Below are positions 52,033 through 59,413 of a stretch of DNA of 64,000 nucleotides, one piece after another. Position numbers and translations under genes: made by a program. Numbering within the stretch: the stretch's first letter is position 1; every line of letters starts with the position of its first letter. The notes under the pieces were generated by a model, which saw nothing but the letters and a program-made list of their open reading frames with translations, made no database searches and was not told the DNA's origin. The stretch lies in the NCBI GenBank assembly GCA_902795355.1, contig CADBKZ010000003.1, forward strand, positions 37,516-101,515. Reading direction: 5' to 3'. The stretch is from an uncultured Ruminococcus sp. (GTDB taxonomy: Bacteria; Bacillota; Clostridia; Oscillospirales; CAG-272).

Positions 52033-52875
52033 CTATACCGCCCAAACGCTCAATCCTTTTATGAGAAGCGGTAAACCGACCGCAAAAACGAACATGACAA
52101 GAATGCCGATGACAAGGTGTTTCACCATTTCCTTTGCGTTGATTTTCTCTTCGTTCTTTTTCGCGATTGCAACGCGGATGCCGATATATGCGCCCCAGAC
52201 GATCACGACCGACGCCATACCGATAACGAGATAGATCCAGACGGAATCCACCAGTTCGGAAAGCTTTTCCGTGATTTGCCCGAAGTTGTCCCGCATTCCT
52301 TTCTGTTGCCGCATAAGACCGACGATTTCTTCGTCCGTCATCTCCGACGCGTTCAACGTGTTATAGCAAGCAAACTGCGGCGGCAGGTATGCCGTATTTC
52401 CGTCCGGATCGGTTACGTAAAAAACAAACGTGAAATCGAGACTTGTGTTCTTTTCTAAAATGCCCACGATAGCCGTTCGGAAGATCCTTCCTTCCGGCGC
52501 TTCCCGCGAAGTGCTGCCGACAACGTTCAGGATCGCGACGTTCTGCTCCGCAAACGCGTTCATATAATCGCCGTGAACGTTGAATTTTTCCATGTATTTC
52601 TTCGGAAAGATTGCCGTTCCGTAAGTACATCCGCTGTCATAAACGGTATTCGGAACAAAAAACATTGCCACGATATACCGACCTCTTGTTTCGTTTTCCC
52701 CTTTTCGGTACCCGAAGAAAAACGACTGTTCTATGATTTGTTCGGCTTGCGTTTGATTTTCTTCCGCTTCCGCCGCATAAGCCGTAGTCGGAACTCCAAA
52801 CGCAAACCCGAAGAATAGCGTCAGCGCCATTATGACGCCGAAAAGCGAATACTTTCTGTTTTGTGTTTGTTCCAT
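52033..52875 (-). CDS. Secreted domain fused to a C-terminal pilin-like (VirB2-type) domain
   Basis: Signal peptide AYAA; C-terminus clearly paralogous to 52948-53250. Confidence 0.7.
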   Translation of the reverse strand: MEQTQNRKYSLFGVIMALTLFFGFAFGVPTTAYAAEAEENQTQAEQIIEQSFFFGYRKGENETRGRYIVAMFFVPNTVYDSGCTYGTAIFPKKYMEKFNVHGDYMNAFAEQNVAILNVVGSTSREAPEGRIFRTAIVGILEKNTSLDFTFVFYVTDPDGNTAYLPPQFACYNTLNASEMTDEEIVGLMRQQKGMRDNFGQITEKLSELVDSVWIYLVIGMASVVIVWGAYIGIRVAIAKKNEEKINAKEMVKHLVIGILVMFVFAVGLPLLIKGLSVWAV

Positions 52876-52947
52876 TTTTACCTCTTTTCTAAAAGCCATA
52901 AGGCGGCAGGTTTCCCCACCGCCTTACCCTTTTTTGACGCTTCTTGA

Positions 52948-53250
52948 TTAAGCGCCGATACCCACCCAAGCGGAAAGACCGTTGATGAGAAGCGGTGCGC
53001 CCATTGCGACGACGAAGATGATCACGATACCGATGATGAGGTTCTTCACCATATCACGGGCGTTGATCTTCTCTTCGTTGCGGTGCGCGATGGCGATTTT
53101 AATACCGACATACGCGCCCCAGATCACGACGACTGCCGCAAGCGCCATAACGATGTAAATCCAAAAACTGTCCATCAGGGATTTCAGGCTCGTTACGATC
53201 TGTTCAAGACTTCCGTTGAGAGTGGTTTCTGCCAAAAGATTACTGTTCAT
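52948..53250 (-). CDS. Pilin-like conjugal transfer protein (VirB2-type)
   Basis: 100 aa, two TM helices around NEEKINARDMVKNLIIG; GGAGG RBS. Confidence 0.7.
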   Translation of the reverse strand: MNSNLLAETTLNGSLEQIVTSLKSLMDSFWIYIVMALAAVVVIWGAYVGIKIAIAHRNEEKINARDMVKNLIIGIVIIFVVAMGAPLLINGLSAWVGIGA

Positions 53251-53276
53251 TCTGTTTCACCTCCTTCCTTTTCCGA

Positions 53277-54140
53277 TTAAGCACCTGCTCCACCCCAAGC
53301 GGAAAGACCGTTGATGAAGAGCGGCGCACCCATAGCAACGACAAAGATAATCACAATGCCGATGATGAGGTTCTTGACCATATCTATCACATATTTCACT
53401 TGTTCATCCGTCAAACAAGTATGTAATGGCAAAGTTATCTCGTTAGCAAAATGTGCATAAGCATTGGGATAAGCATTGATGTCGAAGCCAAGCTTCTTAT
53501 ATGCTGTATGCATAGGCAATGGCTTATAATGAACATTACAAGCTATTCCCCTCTCTGCCATTTTTACGATTATCTCTCCACGTTGGTCATAAGAAATATC
53601 AGGAATTCTCGTTATATATAAATGCCCGGACGACTGATGATTTTCGTTATAATGCGGTATTGTTTCAACACCCAGTGGTTTAAACGCATCATCGTATCTT
53701 TCTATTATTTCTTTTCTACGTTTAAGCATTTCGGGGTACCGGACAAACTGTCCAAGACCGATAGCAGCCATAATGTCTGTCATATCCGAATTGTTTACGA
53801 ACCACTCGTTTCTTTTCGTTATTGCCGCCTTATAATGGACGTTGTATAATTCTTGCGGATACCACACCTCATCGTAATATTTTTCCATATCGTCCATATC
53901 GGCAATCGGGTATGGCAGTACGAGAATCAGAGAGTTGTTTGAAGTGCCATAATCTCGTTGCGCCATTTTAATTACCGACGCTACCATAATATCGAACTCG
54001 CCGTTCCTGCCAACGTAGAACTCAACGTACTCTTTTGTCTGGATCAATTCTTTTACAATATCTTCTACCTGCTCTTCGATAAAGCGAAAGTTTTCTACTT
54101 CCCGGTGACCGATAAAAGAAACTCTGTATGTATCAAGCAA
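53277..54140 (-). pseudogene. Tripartite in-frame chimera: SLOG-like N-terminus, DegT/DnrJ aminotransferase C-terminus, pilin C-terminus
   Basis: SFIGHR...KRNEWFVNNSD | MTDIMAAIGLGQ...ITLPLH | MVKNLIIGIVIIF. Confidence 0.8.
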
Positions 54141-54172
54141 TTTATGACCTCCATAGGTGATAAAAACAAAAA

Positions 54173-54211
54173 GGATTTGTTCATCTATTGGTGTAATAGA
54201 TGAACAAATCC
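54173..54211. terminator. 17-bp perfect hairpin (terminator and candidate recombination site)
   Basis: GGATTTGTTCATCTATT-GGTGT-AATAGATGAACAAATCC with T tracts on both strands. Confidence 0.8.
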
Positions 54212-54336
54212 CGTTTTTTAACCATCAAAAAATAAAGATAATGAAAATTTCTCCTTCACTTTCCTTCTTGAACATTGATTTTTCGGTTTCAATATGATAT
54301 AATCTTGGTAGTGATAATCCCCTATTACACCAATAG
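54185..54336. repeat. 15-bp inverted repeat pair flanking a promoter
   Basis: CTATTGGTGTAATAG (54185-54199) and CTATTACACCAATAG (54322-54336). Confidence 0.85.
54275..54303 (+). promoter_or_regulatory. Sigma-A promoter within the candidate invertible segment
   Basis: TTGATT-17-TATAAT with extended TG. Confidence 0.7.
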
Positions 54337-54345
54337 GTGGTAATA

Positions 54346-55275
54346 TTAAAGCAGCTTTCCAAGCCGATTCATCATCTCTTTTTTGTGTTCCATTAAAGAG
54401 TGAACGTAACGATTCAACGTTACTGTCGGAGACTTGTGTCCAAGAATATCGGATAACGTTTTAACATCCATACCGCACTCCAACGCGCTTGTTGCGAAAG
54501 TGTGCCGAAGTGAGTGAAATCCCCTGTGGGGGATTTTTAGTTTTCTCTGCAACAAATCGAAACTGCGTTGATACGATCTGACAGACAGCGGGTTTGCATT
54601 TTTTGAAACGACAAACTCCGACCTGCTTTTCTTTCTCGCTTCCTTGATAAACGGTAATAATTGCCGTGGCAAAGGGATCACTCTCCGCGACGAGGAGGTT
54701 TTCGGCGTATCCTCAAACCTTACGTAATGACCGAACCGATCTTTCCCATCGTGACAGGATTTTGAAACAGTCAGAATCCCTTTCTGCAAGTCAATATCTT
54801 CCCACTTCAAAGCAAGCAGTTCGCCAACACGAAGTCCGGTATAAAGGCAGAGCAATATTCCGAACATCTTGTCTTTTTTACTGTTCAATACCGCTTGCTC
54901 GATCTGCTTTTGTTCCTGTGTCGTAAAGCAATTTACGGCTTTTTCTTGTGCTTTCGGGCGCTTGATTCTGTCTGCCGTAAACTCTTTCACGTAGCCAAGA
55001 TTAAACGCTGTTCTGAGCGAATTCTGAACGACGTTTATAATGCCGCCGACTGAATTAGCCGACAACCCTTTCCCCGTTTTCAAATTCCCGGACTGCAATA
55101 GTTCGGTTATGTAATGTTGCAGAACACCCGGCGTTATCTCGTCTAACTCGTAATCGCCAAGTCTGGGTATAATATGTTGCTTAATGATCTCCGAATACCT
55201 GCTGAACGTTCTTGTTTTCGCCGTCGGCTCGATATAATTCTCAAGCCATTCTTTTAACCATTCGTGATACTTCAT
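54346..55275 (-). CDS. Tyrosine recombinase/integrase
   Basis: SAM-like N-terminus; catalytic set GLRVGE, TPKT, HSLRH, LGH, RYVH intact. Confidence 0.93.
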   Translation of the reverse strand: MKYHEWLKEWLENYIEPTAKTRTFSRYSEIIKQHIIPRLGDYELDEITPGVLQHYITELLQSGNLKTGKGLSANSVGGIINVVQNSLRTAFNLGYVKEFTADRIKRPKAQEKAVNCFTTQEQKQIEQAVLNSKKDKMFGILLCLYTGLRVGELLALKWEDIDLQKGILTVSKSCHDGKDRFGHYVRFEDTPKTSSSRRVIPLPRQLLPFIKEARKKSRSEFVVSKNANPLSVRSYQRSFDLLQRKLKIPHRGFHSLRHTFATSALECGMDVKTLSDILGHKSPTVTLNRYVHSLMEHKKEMMNRLGKLL

Positions 55276-55379
55276 TTTTGTTCTCCTATTCCCTTTCTTT
55301 TTTTATAAAAAAATGCTGTACGAAAAAACTTCATACAGCATTAATAAAAAATATATGTAATTGTAAATATCCGAACGCC

Positions 55380-55535
55380 TTATTTGCCGTCCGTTTTCAT
55401 TTTTGATTTTAAGATTTTGACATCAAACTCATATTGCTCTTTTGTTAAAAGTTTTTTCTCAAAAAAGATCCTTAACGTTTCTAACTGTTTTTCAAGCAAA
55501 TATTGATTGTTTATAATCTTATCTTCGCTTTTCAT
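55380..55535 (-). CDS. Small SHOCT-like protein (51 aa)
   Basis: Hand translation MKSEDK...QLETLRIFFEKKLLTKEQYEFDV...; GAGG RBS and own TATAAT. Confidence 0.6.
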   Translation of the reverse strand: MKSEDKIINNQYLLEKQLETLRIFFEKKLLTKEQYEFDVKILKSKMKTDGK

Positions 55536-55590
55536 AGTATTCCTCACTTAAATATTATATCATATAGAAACATAAAAGTAAAGTAAAGGA

Positions 55591-55621
55591 AAGCCGCCAT
55601 ATCAATCCGATATGGCGGCTT
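55591..55621 (-). terminator. Element-borne terminator now serving ppdK
   Basis: AAGCCGCCATATC/GATATGGCGGCTT stem with a T-rich tail on the minus strand. Confidence 0.8.
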
Positions 55622-55627
55622 AGTGTT

Positions 55628-55780
55628 TCATAGATATACATCAACAAATATTTCTTCCCATTGAGATTCTCGCGTTAGGACATTCAAATATTTGCGACGA
55701 TACTGTTTGGCTTCTTCAAAGGAAATCGAGAACGACCAAAACGGTTTATTATTTGTTCTCCTCGCTTTGTTTAATAGCAG
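55628..55780 (-). other. Detached 50-codon C-terminal segment of the serine recombinase
   Basis: Open frame LLLNKARR...FEEAKQYRRK...QWEEIFVDVYL* in frame with the recombinase across the CAGGC core. Confidence 0.7.
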
Positions 55781-58397
55781 CCTGCGCCGCGGCCAATCTT
55801 GCAATCGGAACGCGGTAGGGCGAGCAGGAAACGTAATCCAAACCGATTTCATGGCAGAACTCAACCGAGGTCGGGTCGCCGCCGTGCTCACCGCAGATAC
55901 CGCAGGAGAGTCCGGGACGGGCTTCACGGCCGAGCGTAACCGCCATCTTCATCAGCTTGCCGACGCCGATCTGGTCGAGCTTGGCAAACGGATCGTTTTC
56001 GTAGATCTTCGCGTCGTAGTACGCGCCGAGGAACTTGCCCGCGTCGTCGCGGCTGAAACCGAACGTCATCTGGGTCAGGTCGTTGGTGCCGAAGCAGAAG
56101 AACTCCGCCTCTTTCGCGATCTCATCCGCGGTCAGAGCGGCGCGCGGAATCTCGATCATGGTGCCAACCTGATATTTCAGGTTGCTCTTGGCGGCGGCGA
56201 TTTCCTCGTCGGCCACCTTTACCACAACGTTCTTGACGTATTTCAGTTCCTTGACCTCGCCAACCAGCGGAATCATGATCTCCGGCTCCACATTCCAATC
56301 GGGATGCGCCTTCTTGGTGTTGATGGCCGCGCGAATAACCGCTCTGGTTTGCATAGCGGCGATTTCAGGATAGGTGACGGCCAGACGGCAGCCGCGATGG
56401 CCCATCATCGGGTTGAATTCATGGAGACCCGCGATGATCGCCTTGATCTTTTCAACCGGCTTGTTCTGCGCCTTGGCCAGAAGCTCGATGTCCTCTTCGG
56501 TGGTGGGAACAAATTCATGGAGCGGCGGATCGAGAAAACGGATTACCACGGGATAGCCTTCGAGCGCTTCATAGAGCTTCTCGAAGTCGCCCTGCTGCAT
56601 GGGCAGGATCTTGGCCAGAGCCGCTTCTCTCTCCTCAACGGTGTCGGAGCAGATCATCTCGCGGAACGCGGCGATGCGGTCCGGCTCGAAGAACATATGC
56701 TCGGTGCGGCAAAGGCCGATTCCCTCGGCGCCCAGCTCGCGGGCTTTCTTCGCGTCGCGGGGCGTGTCGGCGTTGGTGCGCACTTTGAGCTTGCGGTATT
56801 TATCCGCCCAGCCCATGATGCGGCCGAAGTTGCCGCCGATGGTGGCGTCAACGGTTGCGATGGCCTCGCCGTAAATGTTACCGGTGGAGCCGTCGATGGA
56901 GATCACGTCGCCCTCGTGGAAGGTCTTGCCCGCCAGCGTGAACTTCTTGTTCTCTTCATCCATTACAATGTCGCCGCATCCCGAAACGCAGCAGGTACCC
57001 ATACCGCGGGCAACCACGGCCGCGTGCGAGGTCATACCGCCGCGAACGGTCAGAATGCCCTGCGCCGCTTTCATGCCGGTAATGTCCTCGGGCGAGGTTT
57101 CGAGACGGACGAGGATCACCTTCTTGCCGGCTTTCTTCCAAGCCTCGGCATCGTCGGCGGTGAACACGATCTGCCCGCAGGCAGCCCCGGGAGAAGCTCC
57201 GAGACCGCGGCCGAGCGGCTTCGCGGCTTTGAGAGCCTTTGCGTCGAACTGCGGGTGCAGGAGCGTATCAAGGTTGCGGGGATCAATCATCAGAACCGCT
57301 TCCTTCTCGGTCCGCATGCCCTCGTCAACAAGGTCGCAGGCAATCTGGAGCGCGGCCTGCGCGGTTCTCTTGCCGTTGCGGCATTGGAGCATGTAGAGCT
57401 TGCCGTTCTCAACGGTGAACTCCATATCCTGCATGTCGCGGTAGCGGTTTTCGAGAATGCCGCAAACTTCCACGAACTGTTTGTAAGCGTCGGGGAACTG
57501 CTTCTCCATCTGCGCGATGGGCATCGGGGTGCGAACGCCTGCAACAACGTCCTCGCCCTGCGCGTTGACCAAGAACTCGCCCATCAGCTTCTTTTCGCCG
57601 GTGGCGGGGTCACGGGTGAACGCAACGCCGGTGCCGGAATTGTTATTCAGGTTGCCGAACACCATGGGCATAACGTTAACGGCGGTGCCCCAAGAGTACG
57701 GAATGTCGTTATCGCGGCGGTATACGTTGGCGCGGGGGTTGTCCCAAGAGCGGAACACCGCGCGGATCGCTTCGTAGAGCTGTTCTTTCGGATCGCTCGG
57801 GAAATCCTTGCCGAGCTGTTTCTTATATTCGGCCTTGAACTCGATGGCAAGCTCTTTGAGGTCGGCGGCGGTGAGTTCCACGTCGAACTTCACGCCCTTC
57901 TTCTCTTTCATCGCGTCAATCAGCTGCTCGAAATACTTCTTGCCCACTTCCATAACCACATCCGAGAACATCTGGATGAAGCGGCGGTAGGAGTCGTAAA
58001 CGAAACGCTCGAACGCGGGATCGGGGTTGCCCTTGATCATTGCGGCAACAACCTCGTCGTTCAAACCGAGGTTCAGAATGGTGTCCATCATTCCGGGCAT
58101 GGAAGCGCGCGCGCCGGAACGAACCGAAACGAGCAGCGGGTTTTTCAGGTCGCCGAACTTCTTGCCGTTGATCTCCTCCATTTTCTCAACGTTCTTCATG
58201 ATCTCCGCCATGATTTCATCGTTGATCTTTCTGCCGTCCTCGTAATACTGCGTGCAGGCCTCGGTGGAAATCGTAAAGCCCTGCGGAACGGGCAGACCGA
58301 TCTTGGTCATTTCCGCGAGGTTTGCGCCCTTGCCGCCGAGCAGTTCGCGCATGTTGGCGTCGCCTTCGGTAAAGAGATAGCAATACTTCTTTGCCAT
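55749..58397 (-). CDS. ppdK: Pyruvate, phosphate dikinase
   Basis: LLGGKGANLAEM, GGMTSHAAVVARG, GTNDLTQ, CGEHGG. Confidence 0.98.
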   Translation of the reverse strand: MAKKYCYLFTEGDANMRELLGGKGANLAEMTKIGLPVPQGFTISTEACTQYYEDGRKINDEIMAEIMKNVEKMEEINGKKFGDLKNPLLVSVRSGARASMPGMMDTILNLGLNDEVVAAMIKGNPDPAFERFVYDSYRRFIQMFSDVVMEVGKKYFEQLIDAMKEKKGVKFDVELTAADLKELAIEFKAEYKKQLGKDFPSDPKEQLYEAIRAVFRSWDNPRANVYRRDNDIPYSWGTAVNVMPMVFGNLNNNSGTGVAFTRDPATGEKKLMGEFLVNAQGEDVVAGVRTPMPIAQMEKQFPDAYKQFVEVCGILENRYRDMQDMEFTVENGKLYMLQCRNGKRTAQAALQIACDLVDEGMRTEKEAVLMIDPRNLDTLLHPQFDAKALKAAKPLGRGLGASPGAACGQIVFTADDAEAWKKAGKKVILVRLETSPEDITGMKAAQGILTVRGGMTSHAAVVARGMGTCCVSGCGDIVMDEENKKFTLAGKTFHEGDVISIDGSTGNIYGEAIATVDATIGGNFGRIMGWADKYRKLKVRTNADTPRDAKKARELGAEGIGLCRTEHMFFEPDRIAAFREMICSDTVEEREAALAKILPMQQGDFEKLYEALEGYPVVIRFLDPPLHEFVPTTEEDIELLAKAQNKPVEKIKAIIAGLHEFNPMMGHRGCRLAVTYPEIAAMQTRAVIRAAINTKKAHPDWNVEPEIMIPLVGEVKELKYVKNVVVKVADEEIAAAKSNLKYQVGTMIEIPRAALTADEIAKEAEFFCFGTNDLTQMTFGFSRDDAGKFLGAYYDAKIYENDPFAKLDQIGVGKLMKMAVTLGREARPGLSCGICGEHGGDPTSVEFCHEIGLDYVSCSPYRVPIARLAAAQAAIKQSEENK

Positions 58398-58756
58398 GTT
58401 TGGTAATCCTCCAAAATTTGTTTTTTCTTTGACATGATACTCCAAAGGCACACCGAAAAGACGTTCCATCGTTGTTCCATGTCACATACGTTTGATATTA
58501 TACCATATTTTTTGTTTTTTTTCCATACTTTTACAGGCAGAAACCGCCCTCAAAAATGTAAACATTCTGTGAACGGCAAAAAAACCCCCGTTTCCGTTTG
58601 ACAAAACGGCATTTTTATAGTATAATAATGGAGCAATGTCGGATACCGTCCGTGCGGCGGATCTCGTCGGCTCCCCGTTTCCGAACGGGGGGGCGCGGCG
58701 CGGTCGGGCGCCTTTTCGCGTATCCCCCGCTTTTCGGAAGGAGTTTTTCCCTTTTT

Positions 58757-59413
58757 ATGGCTGATATTTTTGATTTGTTCCGCAAAATCGCAAAAAAAGA
58801 ACCCGCAAACCGAGAACCCGTTTCATGGCTGATCGTGGGGCTTGGGAACACGGGCAAGCAGTATGAAAACACCCGCCACAACGCGGGCTTTCTCGCGTTG
58901 GACCGATTTGCCGCCGCCGTTGGGGCGAAGATTGACCGCGCCAAATTCCATTCTCTGGCGGGCGAGGCGGAAGTTGACGGGCGGCGCGTTTTGCTGATCA
59001 AACCGCAAACGCTTATGAACGCCTCGGGACTTGCGGTGCAGGAAGCGGCCGATTTTTACCGGATTCCCCCCGAAAATGTTCTGGTACTCTCGGACGATAT
59101 TTCCCTGCCCGCGGGTCATCTGCGCGTTCGCAGAAAAGGGAGCGCGGGCGGGCATAACGGCCTGAAAGACATTATCGCCTGCCTCGGTTCCGAGGATTTC
59201 CCGCGCATCCGCATTGGCATCGGTGCGAAGCCGAACCCCGAATACGACCTTGCCGCGTGGGTGCTTTCCCCGTTTTCCGAAACCGACCGTAAGCGTTTGG
59301 AAGTCGCTTTTCCGGCGGTTGAGCGGGGCGTCCGCATGATTCTGGACGGGGACATTGACGGCGCGATGCAGGTCTGCAACTCCGTAAAACCCGAGGAGAG
59401 CGAAAACGCATGA
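58757..59413 (+). CDS. pth: Peptidyl-tRNA hydrolase
   Basis: IVGLGN...TRHNAGF, KPQTLMNASG, GGHNGLK. Confidence 0.96.
   Translation: MADIFDLFRKIAKKEPANREPVSWLIVGLGNTGKQYENTRHNAGFLALDRFAAAVGAKIDRAKFHSLAGEAEVDGRRVLLIKPQTLMNASGLAVQEAADFYRIPPENVLVLSDDISLPAGHLRVRRKGSAGGHNGLKDIIACLGSEDFPRIRIGIGAKPNPEYDLAAWVLSPFSETDRKRLEVAFPAVERGVRMILDGDIDGAMQVCNSVKPEESENA

Larger units (their letters stand above)
48375..55784. mobile_element. Decayed integrative conjugative element inserted in the ppdK 3' end
   Basis: GCCTG core at both ends, abrupt shift to AT-rich DNA, serine and tyrosine recombinases, T4SS-like remnants, TA pair. Confidence 0.88.

Noticed and set aside
55781-55927. N-terminal half of the 99-aa ORF 55628-55927 as a real gene
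   Set aside because: It is an alternative frame of ppdK; only the part beyond the att core looks meaningful.
55692-58406. 904-aa plus-strand ORF
   Set aside because: Antisense shadow of the highly biased ppdK gene.
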